A stretch of DNA of 64,000 nt, taken from NCBI GenBank assembly GCA_009693245.1, contig SHXO01000004.1, forward strand, positions 536 through 64,535, written 5' to 3'. Shown in pieces: positions 18,874-28,816 of the stretch. The position numbers and the translations under genes were made by a program. A model generated the notes under the pieces. The model had not been told where the DNA came from, ran no database searches, and saw only the letters and a list, made by a program, of their open reading frames with translations. The DNA is from Betaproteobacteria bacterium. GTDB taxonomy: Bacteria > Pseudomonadota > Gammaproteobacteria > Burkholderiales > SHXO01. Within the stretch, counting starts at the first letter, position 1. Every line of letters begins with the position of its first letter.

Positions 18874-20607
18874 ATGAATAAGATACTGGGTGGCGCTGTT
18901 CTCGTCTTAGCATTGGTCACTACACCGGCGTTCTCACTGGACGAACCGCGCAAATGCACTTGCCAAGACCTTCCGGCCTTAGTGGAGGAGATCATCGTCC
19001 AGGAGTTTCTGCGCGATCTATTCAAGAAGTGGTCGGACTATATGCCGAGGAGTATCCAGCAAACGTCCGATTTACAGACCCAAGCGAAGGTTGAAGTGGA
19101 TAAGAAGTTCAACCCCAATAAGGCAGAGCAAGGGAATGGATCTCAAGATGGCGCCAACGCCGCCTTGGGCACGGACATTGGCAGCGACAAGTGCGGCATA
19201 AAGCAATACCAATATGACAAGAAGGGCCGGCCCATCAACAAGAACGGAGAACCTGTCGTCCTGGATTCGGAGGCCAACATGGGGCCCGATGGCAAGCCAA
19301 AGAGAAAAATTCCCAAGGACAATGAGCGCTGGGCCAAACCAATCACCGAAAAGGAATACCTCAATAAGCCACCCAGCGAGTGCGATGCGCTCGTGCGCGC
19401 ACCCTGGATCCACGAGAATGTGCATCAAGACAAATGCACGGAGCTGGTTGGTAATGGGCAAACGCAGAAGTGGGAAAGCACCAGTTTTTTCGCCGGCAAT
19501 GACGCAGCCGCATACAAGGCGGGTGCCGATTACTTGCGGCAAGTCACCAAGAAACTCGCACTTGACGAATGCAATTGGGAAGGATCCACGGGAGAACGCG
19601 CCGTTCCCACGCCCAAGCGTGCCAAGGAACTGGAGAGGGACGCAGCGAAAATTACCAAGGATCGCGCAAAGGGTAGCAAGAAGAAAGCGGGCGCGGGCAA
19701 AAAGGAGAGCGCCAATGTCATCGTGGGAGTGGAAATCGATACCTCTCACATGGAGGAATTGTTGGGCCGCTGGAATTCGGAGTGCGCCGATGAAAGCGCG
19801 GACGGATGCGGCGCCCTGGGTGCGAGCATCGAAGTAGGTTTGGTCAGTCTATTGCCGGCATTGCAGCCCCAGGTGGGTTTGGACCGGAGGGCCATTTTCG
19901 AGGCCGCCCATGCGCAATCGCCCCAGTTGAAGCGTCTTGCCATGGGAATGTTGTACAACGCCCAATCATCCGAGGAGATCGAGTTCGCGTTACAGGCGGC
20001 GGAGCATCCCTCGCCAGCGGTTCGTGAAGCCGCCAGGAAATTGCTGCATAGCGCGGACGATCCGCGTTGGAAAGAGATCGAGCGCTGGTGGAAGAGCCCA
20101 GGGGGCACGGGCCGAAACGGCCTTGGCGGCGGACTCGTACCAGATCTTGATCCGAAGCCAGAATATTTTGGCGTCGAAACGTTACAAGGCTTGCGCCACT
20201 GGCCCCATGGCATCAGCGCGGACCGCGTGATGTTCACTACGCCGGAGCCAATGGATAAAGTCGTGGAGCGCTTGGCCAAGGGCAAGAACATCATGGCTAA
20301 CGCGAGTGACCTGCGGCAGGATGCCAAGAGCTTTGAACAAACGATGATGACCATGCAAACAGAAATGATGGCGGCGGCTCAGGCTGGCGATATGCAGAAA
20401 ATCAATCAGATCACCGAGAAGTTGATGGCGATGCAGCAGAAGCTGATGGTGGCCGATCCCGCGGCGATGAATTCGGAGGAAGGGGCCACGGGTATGGTGT
20501 TGGAGAAAGATCCAAGGACCTGGTTAGCGTCTAGCGTGGCCCGGGTAAGGCGCGATGAGGAGTCGGGGCAGACTATTGTGATATTCGAGCGCACACAAGT
20601 GCGTTAG
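18874..20607 (+). CDS. Orphan secreted protein (577 aa) with an HExxH motif, a Lys-rich linker and a HEAT-like/Met-Gln-rich C-terminal region
   Basis: GGAGGAG SD. Signal peptide MNKILGGAVLVLALVTTPAFS. Paired Cys residues, WIHENVHQDKC motif, KGSKKKAGAGKKE linker. No family recognised. Confidence 0.7.
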   Translation: MNKILGGAVLVLALVTTPAFSLDEPRKCTCQDLPALVEEIIVQEFLRDLFKKWSDYMPRSIQQTSDLQTQAKVEVDKKFNPNKAEQGNGSQDGANAALGTDIGSDKCGIKQYQYDKKGRPINKNGEPVVLDSEANMGPDGKPKRKIPKDNERWAKPITEKEYLNKPPSECDALVRAPWIHENVHQDKCTELVGNGQTQKWESTSFFAGNDAAAYKAGADYLRQVTKKLALDECNWEGSTGERAVPTPKRAKELERDAAKITKDRAKGSKKKAGAGKKESANVIVGVEIDTSHMEELLGRWNSECADESADGCGALGASIEVGLVSLLPALQPQVGLDRRAIFEAAHAQSPQLKRLAMGMLYNAQSSEEIEFALQAAEHPSPAVREAARKLLHSADDPRWKEIERWWKSPGGTGRNGLGGGLVPDLDPKPEYFGVETLQGLRHWPHGISADRVMFTTPEPMDKVVERLAKGKNIMANASDLRQDAKSFEQTMMTMQTEMMAAAQAGDMQKINQITEKLMAMQQKLMVADPAAMNSEEGATGMVLEKDPRTWLASSVARVRRDEESGQTIVIFERTQVR

Positions 20608-20652
20608 GGAGACAGCCGTCGCGGCCACTTGGAGAGCGGACAAGAGCCCTAG

Positions 20653-22296
20653 TCACATGTTGGGATAGTTGGGTCCGCCTCCGCCTTCGGGTGTCACCCA
20701 AGTGATGTTCTGTGTGGGATCCTTGATGTCGCAGGTCTTGCAATGCACGCAGTTCTGCGCGTTGATTTGCAGGCGTGGTCCCCGTTCTCCGGTCACTATT
20801 TCATAGACGCCCGCTGGGCAATAGCGCTGCTCGGGCGCATCGAATTTCTCCAAGTTGACGCGGATGGGAACGTCTTGGTCCCTTAGGGTGAGATGGGCCG
20901 GTTGGTCTTCCGTGTGGTTGGTGTTGGAGACGAATACCGATGACAGGCGGTCGAAGGTGAGGACGCCATCGGGCTTTGCATAGGAGATGGGCCGCACGGC
21001 GGATTTGCCGGCCAGGGATTCGTGATCGGCATGGCGGTGGCGAAGAGTCCACGGCGCCTTGCCTCCGAAGACGATCTGGTCGATGCCCACCATCAGCGTG
21101 CCCCAATACAAACCCTTGCTCATCCAAGGTTTGAAGTTACGCGCGCGGTGCAGTTCTTCGTGCAACCAACTCTTGCGGAAGGCTTCTGGGTAGCTGGCGA
21201 GTTCGTCGCGCGAACGCCCGTCCTTCACGGCGTCGAAGGCGGCATTCGCGGCCAACATGCCGGATTTGATGGCGGCATGACTACCTTTGATGCGTGACGC
21301 ATTGAGAAAGCCTGCGTCATCTCCGATCAAGCATCCGCCCGGGAAGATGAGTTTTGGCAACGATTGCAGGCCGCCCGCGGTGATGGCTCGCGCACCGTAG
21401 GCGAGCCGCTTACCGCCTTCGAGATAGGTTCGTATGCTAGGGTGCGTTTTGTACCGCTGAAATTCCTCGAATGGACTCAAGTAAGGATTGCTATATCCAA
21501 GGCCAACCACGAATCCGATGGAGACCAGATTGTTCTCCATGTGATAGAGAAACGATCCGCCGTAGGTGTCCGATTGCAGAGGCCAGCCAGCGGTGTGAAT
21601 CACCAAGCCCGGTAGGTGCTTTTCGGGTTTGATCTCCCACAATTCCTTCAGTCCGATCCCGTACACCTGGGGATCGCGATCATCGGTCAAGTGAAAGCGT
21701 TTTTGAATCTGCTTGCCTAGATGGCCCCGGCAGCCCTCGGCGAAAAATGTGTACTTGGCCAGGAGTTCCATGCCGGGCTGGTGCGCCCCCGTGGGTTTTC
21801 CATCCTTGCCGATACCCATGTCGCCGGTGGCTGCCCCTTTGACACGGCCGCGTTCGTCGTACAAAACTTCGGCTGCCGCGAAGCCGGGAAATATCTCCAC
21901 GCCCAAGGCTTCCGCTTGCGCCGCCAGCCACCGGCATACATTTCCCAGGCTTGTGACGTAGTTACCATGGTTCTGAAAGCAGGCGGGTAGCATCCAGTTG
22001 GGGGTTTTGAAGGAACGGGATTCGTTTAGGAATAGAAAACGGTCCTCGCTCACGGGCGTCACCAGCGGCGCGCCTTGCGCTTGCCAGTCCGGAAGCAGTT
22101 CGGCCAGGGCACGAGGATCCATCACCGCGCCGCTCAGAACATGGGCACCCACCTCGGACCCCTTCTCCAAAACGCACACACTGGTCTCATGCTTGTGCTC
22201 GGAGGCGAGTTGCTTGAGCCGGATGGCCGCCGCGAGACCGGCTGGCCCCGCTCCAACAATCACGACGTCGTACTCCATGGATTCGCGCTGTGCCAC
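20653..22296 (-). CDS. Electron transfer flavoprotein-ubiquinone oxidoreductase (ETF-QO)
   Basis: DVVIVGAGPAGLAAAIRL FAD motif and C-terminal 4Fe-4S motif (CPAGVYE...NCVHCKTCDIKDP). A GTG at 22296 with AAGGAG 6 nt upstream gives about 547 aa. The track extension to 22542 is rejected. Confidence 0.92.
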   Translation of the reverse strand: MAQRESMEYDVVIVGAGPAGLAAAIRLKQLASEHKHETSVCVLEKGSEVGAHVLSGAVMDPRALAELLPDWQAQGAPLVTPVSEDRFLFLNESRSFKTPNWMLPACFQNHGNYVTSLGNVCRWLAAQAEALGVEIFPGFAAAEVLYDERGRVKGAATGDMGIGKDGKPTGAHQPGMELLAKYTFFAEGCRGHLGKQIQKRFHLTDDRDPQVYGIGLKELWEIKPEKHLPGLVIHTAGWPLQSDTYGGSFLYHMENNLVSIGFVVGLGYSNPYLSPFEEFQRYKTHPSIRTYLEGGKRLAYGARAITAGGLQSLPKLIFPGGCLIGDDAGFLNASRIKGSHAAIKSGMLAANAAFDAVKDGRSRDELASYPEAFRKSWLHEELHRARNFKPWMSKGLYWGTLMVGIDQIVFGGKAPWTLRHRHADHESLAGKSAVRPISYAKPDGVLTFDRLSSVFVSNTNHTEDQPAHLTLRDQDVPIRVNLEKFDAPEQRYCPAGVYEIVTGERGPRLQINAQNCVHCKTCDIKDPTQNITWVTPEGGGGPNYPNM

Positions 22297-22360
22297 GCTG
22301 TGCTCCTTTTCTTGCGGGAAGGTTGGGCTGTTAGACTTTGCGATGTTATCGTCTTTTACC

Positions 22361-22408
22361 AAAGTGGCTACCAAGGTGGATGGCAAAGTGGATGGAAAAG
22401 TGGATAGG
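22361..22408. repeat. Four tandem 12-bp direct repeats (consensus AAAGTGGATGGN)
   Basis: AAAGTGGCTACC / AAGGTGGATGGC / AAAGTGGATGGA / AAAGTGGATAGG, read directly. They lie between the divergent ETF-QO and thioesterase genes. Confidence 0.85.
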
Positions 22409-22426
22409 GAAGCGCGCGGGAAGTTG

Positions 22427-22825
22427 GTGCACGTGGAAAAATTCCGCATGCGGTGGGCGGATATGGATGCCCTGGGGCACATGAACAACACGGTGTATTT
22501 GCGCTGCCTGGAGCAGGCGCGCATCTCCTGGTTCGACAGCATGCAAGTGGATTACAGAACCCACGCCGAAGGTCCCGTGCTGGGAAGCATCGCCTGCCGC
22601 TATCGCATTCCTATCGTCTACCCGGCCAATCTGTGCATCACGCTTTATCTTGGAGCGGCGAGGAAGAGTAGCTTCCCGCTGATCAGCGAGATTTACGAGG
22701 AGTCCGACCCCGCGCGCATCTACGCGACCGCCGAAGCCATGATGGTATGGATTAACTTGAAGGAAGGAAAATCGCGCCCGCTTCCTGGGTGGTTGCGCAC
22801 CCTCGCGGAACTGGAAAATTCATAG
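22427..22825 (+). CDS. Acyl-CoA thioesterase, YbgC/4HBT (hotdog) family
   Basis: HVEKFRMRWADMDALGHMNNTVYLRCLEQARISWF matches the YbgC-type N-terminal catalytic region. A GTG at 22427 (or TTG at 22424) gives about 132 aa. An alternative ATG at 22343 would add a KVDG-repeat N-terminus. Confidence 0.8.
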   Translation: MHVEKFRMRWADMDALGHMNNTVYLRCLEQARISWFDSMQVDYRTHAEGPVLGSIACRYRIPIVYPANLCITLYLGAARKSSFPLISEIYEESDPARIYATAEAMMVWINLKEGKSRPLPGWLRTLAELENS

Positions 22826-23569
22826 CTCGAATATTTGTCCGGTTATACCCAGACTGTCTTGCCCCAGCAGATAGAGATAAGCAGGCAACACCGAGATCAA
22901 GGGCGCGCGTTCCGTGGAGTGCTCGCCGGGGTGGGACTGGCCGCGCTGGGGCGAATCGATATTGCCCGGCACGATCATATTGGCGCGAAGGCTTGGGAGA
23001 TGTTCCCACTCTTGCGCCAATATTCTGGTAAGAGACGCAAGAGCGCCTTTCGCGGCGGCGAACCCGCCCCAGAACGCCGCGGGATGGAGCCCGTGGGTTT
23101 CGCCGGTGAAGATGACGGATGCACTGGGCGCTGTCCGCAGAAGCCGCGCGCAAGCGCGTGTGAGCGACATGGGCGCGGCAAGATTGACTCTCAGCAAACG
23201 CATCCAGTCGTCCAGCCGCTGTTGTTCAATGGGGGCAGGCGGGAGCAACTCCGCGGCGCAGTGCACGATGCCCGACAAGCTTCCTAACTGCGATTCGATG
23301 CCCCCCGCCATTTGGTCGAATTCCCGGTCGGTGGCGTGCGCTAGATCAAGAGGCAGGATCATCGGCTCGGGATATTTCTCGCCGGTAATTCGATCATAGA
23401 GTCTTTCCAATTTGGCCGTATTCCTGCCATGCGCAATGACAGTCGCACCACAACGCGCCGCGCCAAGCGCAACGGTGTGCCCTAAACCTTGGCCTGCGCC
23501 CGTTATCAGGATGACGCGCCCGGCGAGCAAGTTGGGCGGTGCCTGGTAGGCGAGAAGGGATCTGGTCAT
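22820..23569 (-). CDS. Short-chain dehydrogenase/reductase, YciK-like
   Basis: TGAGQGLG cofactor motif. 249 aa. ATGA overlap with the upstream hpnE stop. Confidence 0.85.
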   Translation of the reverse strand: MTRSLLAYQAPPNLLAGRVILITGAGQGLGHTVALGAARCGATVIAHGRNTAKLERLYDRITGEKYPEPMILPLDLAHATDREFDQMAGGIESQLGSLSGIVHCAAELLPPAPIEQQRLDDWMRLLRVNLAAPMSLTRACARLLRTAPSASVIFTGETHGLHPAAFWGGFAAAKGALASLTRILAQEWEHLPSLRANMIVPGNIDSPQRGQSHPGEHSTERAPLISVLPAYLYLLGQDSLGITGQIFEL

Positions 23570-24876
23570 GAATTATTCTCTAAGTTCTGCGCGCAGTAAT
23601 GGGCTGCACGAAGCCCGCTGCGCACAGCCGCCTCGATGGTCGCGGGGTAATCGCTATGCACATAGTCTCCGGCGAGAAAGACGCCGGGAACGGGAGTGAA
23701 GGTTGAGGGTCGTTTGATGCCCACGGTGCACGCGAAGGTCGCGCGTTTTTCCGCGATGACGCGGTGCCATAGGGGCGCGGGTAGATGAGGAAAGGCGGTT
23801 CGCAGTTCGCCGTGAACCCGGCTCGCCAACTCGTCATGGGCGAGATCCTGATGGGATCCCGCGGCGGAGATCACCACGCCGAGGACTCCGGGTTGGTTGC
23901 ATAGGCGGCCGCGATCGAATACCCACTGGCTGTAGGCCGCATACAATCCCACCATCGCCTTGGGTAGCCGGATGTTTTCCGGGTAGGCGAGATACACCGA
24001 ATAGATGGGCCGGTATTGCAGCGCCGCGACTTGTGCCGCCATTTCCGAGAAAGCCGGGGTGTCTTCGATCAACGCACATAGATGCTGGGGTGCTACCGCC
24101 AGAATGCAGGCCTTGAAATGGGCGGCTCCGTCCCGCGTGCTTATCTCTATCGAATTGTCGTGGGACGCGATACGGGTAACCCGGTTGTTCAGCCGCACTT
24201 CACCGCCCGCCCTTGCTACGTATTGGACGGCGCCCTCCGGAAACAACCGCGACAGATCCGTGAGAGGAAGAAGGAGATCGCTGTTACTTGCTGGGAAACT
24301 AAAGGTGTCGCGCAAGACGTTGCAGAAGATTTGTGCGGAGGCCTCATCTGGCGCGGTGTTCAAGGCGGAAATGCACAGCGGGTGCCAGAGGTAGAGGTTC
24401 GCCGCGTGTGTTTGGTGGTGGGCGGCTAGCAAATGCGCGACGCTTACATCTTCATCCAATAGGAAGCGTCGTGACCGGAGAAACATGAGCATCCTGACAA
24501 TACGAATCTTGTCCTTCGTGCCAATTCCCGATGCGGTGAGTAATCCCAGCGCGAGATTAATGGGCCAGGGTAGGCGTGGGGCGCGAAGGCGAAAGCCCGG
24601 GTGGATGCCAAGTTCAAGGGGGATGCGAAGCAGCTTTGGGTCTTCCATGGATTGGCCCACGATGGAAATGATCCGTTGCGTCTCGCCATAAGCGCCAATG
24701 AGAATGTGCAGGCCGTTGTCCAAATCGATACCGCCCGCTATCACGCGGCGTGCCCGCCCTCCTAGCGTGGCACCAGCTTCGAACACAATGGCAGGTAGGC
24801 CGCGCTCAGCCAGCGAGACGGCCGCGGCCATGCCCGCGTACCCCCCTCCGATGATCGCGACTTGCGCGGATCCCAT
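23566..24876 (-). CDS. hpnE: Hydroxysqualene dehydroxylase HpnE (FAD-dependent amine-oxidase/phytoene-desaturase family)
   Basis: IIGGGYAGMAAA dinucleotide motif. 436 aa, directly downstream of hpnC-hpnD. Confidence 0.85.
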   Translation of the reverse strand: MGSAQVAIIGGGYAGMAAAVSLAERGLPAIVFEAGATLGGRARRVIAGGIDLDNGLHILIGAYGETQRIISIVGQSMEDPKLLRIPLELGIHPGFRLRAPRLPWPINLALGLLTASGIGTKDKIRIVRMLMFLRSRRFLLDEDVSVAHLLAAHHQTHAANLYLWHPLCISALNTAPDEASAQIFCNVLRDTFSFPASNSDLLLPLTDLSRLFPEGAVQYVARAGGEVRLNNRVTRIASHDNSIEISTRDGAAHFKACILAVAPQHLCALIEDTPAFSEMAAQVAALQYRPIYSVYLAYPENIRLPKAMVGLYAAYSQWVFDRGRLCNQPGVLGVVISAAGSHQDLAHDELASRVHGELRTAFPHLPAPLWHRVIAEKRATFACTVGIKRPSTFTPVPGVFLAGDYVHSDYPATIEAAVRSGLRAAHYCAQNLENNS

Positions 24877-24890
24877 ATTCCGAGAGCGCT

Positions 24891-25727
24891 TTATGTGGAG
24901 GTGATCCAGGTTTTCCAGGCGATCCAGAATTTTCGCAATGGCGGGAGTGCCGTGCGCTCGCTCAGCACCTTACATCCGCCTTGCCGAATTTCGTCCAGCA
25001 AGGTGCGATAGATGTTGCCCATGATGAGGCTGGCGCGTTGTGACCGGCGGTCTTGGGCGCAAAGGCTTGATGCCGCACGCTCGTAATGAGAGATGGCGCG
25101 CGTGATTTGGTGCGAGATCAAACTTTTAAAAGCATCGGTTTCTCGGTAGAGCACGATATCGTCCACCTGGACACCGAACTGCTCCAAATCCTTCAAGGGA
25201 ATGTAGACCCGGTTGCGGCCGATGTCCTCCCGGACGTCTCGAATGATATTAGTGAGTTGTAAGGCGATTCCCAACTGGCGGGCGAATTCGCGCGTGCTGG
25301 GATCCTTGTAACCGAAAATCTCGGCTGCAAGCAAGCCGACCACGCCAGCCACGCGATAACAGTAAATTTCCAGGGTTGCGAAATCCGGATAGCGGTTGTA
25401 GTCGAGATCCATTTGCATGCCGTCGATGATCTCGATCAAATGTGCAGATGGCAGTTTGAAAGCCGCCATGGCAGGTAGTAAGGCCTTTGCGACGGGGTGT
25501 TGCGGATTCCCCTCCAGCATATTGGCTATTTCGCTCCGCCACCATTGCAGTTTCTGGCGCGCGATGACAGGGTCTGAGCATTCGTCGACTACATCGTCGA
25601 CTTCACGGCAAAAAGCGTAAAGGGCGTGGATGGCCAGGCGCTGCTCGTTGGGTAGAAAAAGAAAACTGTAGTAAAAACTCGATCCGCTGCGAAGAACGCG
25701 ATTCTGGCAGTACTGGTCTGGGGTCAT
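24891..25727 (-). CDS. hpnD: Presqualene diphosphate synthase HpnD (squalene/phytoene synthase family)
   Basis: SSFYYSF, YAFCREVDDVVDE and Asp-rich motifs. The ATG at 25727 overlaps the hpnC stop (ATGA). Confidence 0.88.
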   Translation of the reverse strand: MTPDQYCQNRVLRSGSSFYYSFLFLPNEQRLAIHALYAFCREVDDVVDECSDPVIARQKLQWWRSEIANMLEGNPQHPVAKALLPAMAAFKLPSAHLIEIIDGMQMDLDYNRYPDFATLEIYCYRVAGVVGLLAAEIFGYKDPSTREFARQLGIALQLTNIIRDVREDIGRNRVYIPLKDLEQFGVQVDDIVLYRETDAFKSLISHQITRAISHYERAASSLCAQDRRSQRASLIMGNIYRTLLDEIRQGGCKVLSERTALPPLRKFWIAWKTWITST

Positions 25728-26551
25728 GAAGGCAAGCGAAATGAGAGCGCGGCGCGAAGGAGCATCACGGGCCAGTCCCACGCCTCGAGAACTGGGCGGC
25801 GCTTGAATACGTCGCCTTTGACTGCTTCCAATTTGTCCAATATGCGCCTTCCACCCTCTACGATCATGCGCAGTTCCAATCCCATTCTGCCCGGCAATTC
25901 ATATCCAAGACTGGCACCGTCATTCAACATCGAGCGTGCCCTGGTAATTTGATATTGCATCAGGTCACGCCAGCCACCTTCAGTACTCGCATGGGCGATC
26001 TGATGCTCGGACACGCCAAAGCGGCTGATCTCATCCATCGGAATATAGATTCTGTCTTTGCGGTAATCGGCTTGCACGTCCTGCAGAAAGTTGATGAGTT
26101 GGAGGCTGGAGCAAATGCGATCCGAGTACTCTAAGAAACGCGGTTCTGTTCTGCCGAAAAGATGCAGTAGCAGCCTGCCAATGGGATCGGCGGAGCGGCG
26201 GCAATAGTCCATGACATCAGAAAAAGTTGCATAGCGTTTTTGCGTAACGTCCTGGGTGAAGGCGTCCAGAAGTTCGAAGAAAAGCTTAACGGGTAGCTGG
26301 TGCTCGGCGACCACCCGGGCCAGATCGCCAAACATGCCGCCGGATTTTGCCGCTTGCGATAGATTCCCCAATTGGACGCGGTACTGTGCAAGTTGTGCGA
26401 GCCGTGTCGCCGCATCCATATCACCTTCGTCGGCAATGTCGTCCGCGGAACGTGCAAAGCGGTAAATGGCATGCACCGGAAAACGCAGGCGTGCTGGCAG
26501 CAGGACCGATGCGACCGGGAAATTTTCATAATGGTTGGCGCTCGTGAACAC
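25724..26551 (-). CDS. hpnC: Hydroxysqualene synthase HpnC (squalene synthase family)
   Basis: ENFPVASVLLPARLR, YRFARSADDIADEGD and FLQDVQADYRKDRIYIP motifs. 275 aa. Confidence 0.88.
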   Translation of the reverse strand: MFTSANHYENFPVASVLLPARLRFPVHAIYRFARSADDIADEGDMDAATRLAQLAQYRVQLGNLSQAAKSGGMFGDLARVVAEHQLPVKLFFELLDAFTQDVTQKRYATFSDVMDYCRRSADPIGRLLLHLFGRTEPRFLEYSDRICSSLQLINFLQDVQADYRKDRIYIPMDEISRFGVSEHQIAHASTEGGWRDLMQYQITRARSMLNDGASLGYELPGRMGLELRMIVEGGRRILDKLEAVKGDVFKRRPVLEAWDWPVMLLRAALSFRLPS

Positions 26552-26679
26552 CGCTCGAATATCCGCTTTATTCTCTCAAGCCACTAAGATGACAGGGAAT
26601 TATGGTCCGCAGTGCGCTCAGGAACGCCTGGTGCGCGCGGTGGAAGTGTTGCAACGCATTATATTAGAATCGGTTTTGG

Positions 26680-26764
26680 GCGAAAGTGGCGAAATTGGTA
26701 GACGCACCAGATTTAGGTTCTGGCGCCGAAAGGCGTGAGAGTTCGAGTCTCTCCTTTCGCACCA
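26680..26764 (+). tRNA. tRNA-Leu (anticodon TAG), class II with a long variable arm
   Basis: Acceptor GCGAAAG/CTTTCGC, anticodon stem CCAGA/TCTGG with loop TTTAGGT, variable arm CGCCGAAAGGCG, T-arm GAGAG-TTCGAGT-CTCTC, 3' ACCA. Confidence 0.92.
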
Positions 26765-26885
26765 GGGTGTATTGATCGTCCGTGTATCGATCGTCCCTGG
26801 GACGCAAGCGCTCTTTAGGGAACAACGCCCCTCAGGTAACAGAAAATGACATGGGACAGTGGTCCCGGAACGGTAAGGAACAGCC

Positions 26886-28190
26886 ATGCAAGCAACACTT
26901 GAAACCATCAGTACCCTGGAACGGCGTCTCAAAGTGTCGCTCCCCATGCAGGATGTAAACAGCGAGGTCGATAGCCGGCTACGCCGGATGGCGCGTACAG
27001 CGAAAATACACGGCTTTCGTCCCGGCAAGGTTCCCTACAAACTCGTGCAGCAACAGTACGGCGGGCAAATTCGCCAGGAAGTGTTGGGCGATATCTTGCA
27101 GAAAACCTTTGGTGAGGCGGTTCGGCAAAAGAATTTACGAGTGGCTGGATTGCCCCGGTTCGAACCAAGCGCCGAGCCCAAGGGCGAAGAGACGTTCGAA
27201 TATAGCGCGACGTTCGAAATCTATCCCGAGGTCAAAATCGGTGAGTTGACCAGTACCGGGATCAAACGACCGGTGTTGGCCGTTGGGGATTCCGAGATCG
27301 ACAAGACCATCGAAGTTTTGCGTAAGCAACGAGTTACTTACCAGCCTGTGGAACGCGGCGCGGCCAAGGGGGACCGGGTATTGCTTGACTTCGAGGGCAA
27401 ACGGGACGGCCAAACCTTCGAGGGCGCAACTGGCAAGGATCACATGGCCCTGATCGGCGAGAAGCGCTACATCGAAGCGTTCGAGGACAACCTAATTGGG
27501 CTTAAGAAGGGAGACCAAAAGAATTTTGAAGTGACTTTCCCCCCTGATTATCACTCTTCCGAGCTCGCCGGCAAGCAAGTGTCCTTTGACGTACAGATCA
27601 AGGGTGTGGACCAAGCCAATCTTCCTCCCTTGGATTCGGAGTTCGCTAAAGCCCTAGGTATTCCCGACGGCGATCAGGCGCGTTTGAGAGAGGATGTCAG
27701 GACAAATCTCACCCGCGAGGTCGAGTGGCGGATCCAAGCGCGAGTCAAGGACCAAGTAATGCGGGTACTGCATGATTCGGCCCAAATCGAGGTTCCCAAG
27801 AGTTTGGTGGAAATGGAAATTAACCGGCTGATGGGCGAAATGCGGGAAAACCTCAAATCTCGGGGCATGAAGCAGGATACCGACTTGCCGCTAGAGCTTT
27901 TCGAAAGCGATGCCAAGCGCCGGGTGACCCTTGGGTTGATTATTTCTGAGTTGGTGAGGACTCAGAATTTGCAGGCGAAACCGGAACAATTGAAAGAGTT
28001 AGTGGCGCAGCATGCGCAAAGCTACGAAAACCCTAGCGAAGTGGTTCAGTGGTACTACCAATCACCCGATAGATTGCGGGAGGTTGAGTCACTCGCATTG
28101 GAAAATAACGTGGTTCAATGGGTGCTCGGCGTGGCAAAGGCCGAGGACGTGACCGTCGAATTCGACGAGCTAATGGGGAATCGTACGTGA
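26886..28190 (+). CDS. tig: Trigger factor
   Basis: [21 protein letters not shown]-terminus and GFRPGKVP signature. 434 aa, upstream of clpP-clpX. Confidence 0.95.
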   Translation: MQATLETISTLERRLKVSLPMQDVNSEVDSRLRRMARTAKIHGFRPGKVPYKLVQQQYGGQIRQEVLGDILQKTFGEAVRQKNLRVAGLPRFEPSAEPKGEETFEYSATFEIYPEVKIGELTSTGIKRPVLAVGDSEIDKTIEVLRKQRVTYQPVERGAAKGDRVLLDFEGKRDGQTFEGATGKDHMALIGEKRYIEAFEDNLIGLKKGDQKNFEVTFPPDYHSSELAGKQVSFDVQIKGVDQANLPPLDSEFAKALGIPDGDQARLREDVRTNLTREVEWRIQARVKDQVMRVLHDSAQIEVPKSLVEMEINRLMGEMRENLKSRGMKQDTDLPLELFESDAKRRVTLGLIISELVRTQNLQAKPEQLKELVAQHAQSYENPSEVVQWYYQSPDRLREVESLALENNVVQWVLGVAKAEDVTVEFDELMGNRT

Positions 28191-28816
28191 TGACATATGG
28201 GCAGTTTCAGGAACCTAGGGGATTGGGTCTGGTCCCCATGGTGGTGGAGCAAAGCGGGCGTGGAGAGCGTGCCTATGACATCTACTCGCGGCTGTTGAAG
28301 GAGCGGGTCATTTTTCTGGTGGGGCCCGTGAACGAGGTATCGGCAAATCTGATCGTTGCCCAATTGCTATTTCTTGAGTCGGAGAATCCGGATAAGGACG
28401 TGTTCTTCTACATCAACTCGCCGGGAGGTTCTGTTTCGGCTGGCTTGGCGATCTACGACACCATGCAATTCATCAAACCTGCCGTCAGCACTTTGTGCAT
28501 CGGGCAGGCAGCCAGCATGGGTGCGTTGCTCCTCGCCGCAGGCGCCAAGGACAAGCGCTTTTGCCTTCCAAACTCAAGGGTGATGATTCACCAACCCATG
28601 GGTGGCTATCAAGGGCAGGCCTCCGATATCGAAATCCACGCCAGAGAAATACTCTATCTACGCCAACGGCTTAATGAGATACTGGCGTCGCATACCGGGC
28701 AAGATATCAAGTCCATAGAGAAAGACACGGACCGAGACAATTTCATGGCGGCCGAGGAGGCGGTGAAATACGGGCTGGTCGATAAAGTACTATCGCGTCG
28801 CGACGTGGCAACCTAA
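28190..28816 (+). CDS. clpP: ATP-dependent Clp protease proteolytic subunit
   Basis: [27 protein letters not shown] (catalytic Ser) and MIHQP (His). The ATG at 28190 overlaps the tig TGA. Confidence 0.95.
   Translation: MTYGQFQEPRGLGLVPMVVEQSGRGERAYDIYSRLLKERVIFLVGPVNEVSANLIVAQLLFLESENPDKDVFFYINSPGGSVSAGLAIYDTMQFIKPAVSTLCIGQAASMGALLLAAGAKDKRFCLPNSRVMIHQPMGGYQGQASDIEIHAREILYLRQRLNEILASHTGQDIKSIEKDTDRDNFMAAEEAVKYGLVDKVLSRRDVAT

Noticed and set aside
21998-22342. Upstream 115 codons of the 275-aa plus-strand ORF
   Set aside because: They are antisense to the well-supported ETF-QO coding sequence. Thioesterase homology begins only near 22430.
22343-22426. KVAT/KVDG peptide repeat as a genuine N-terminus of the thioesterase
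   Set aside because: There is no SD before the ATG at 22343, and YbgC-type proteins are about 130-140 aa without such an extension. I kept it as an alternative in the repeat finding rather than calling it coding.
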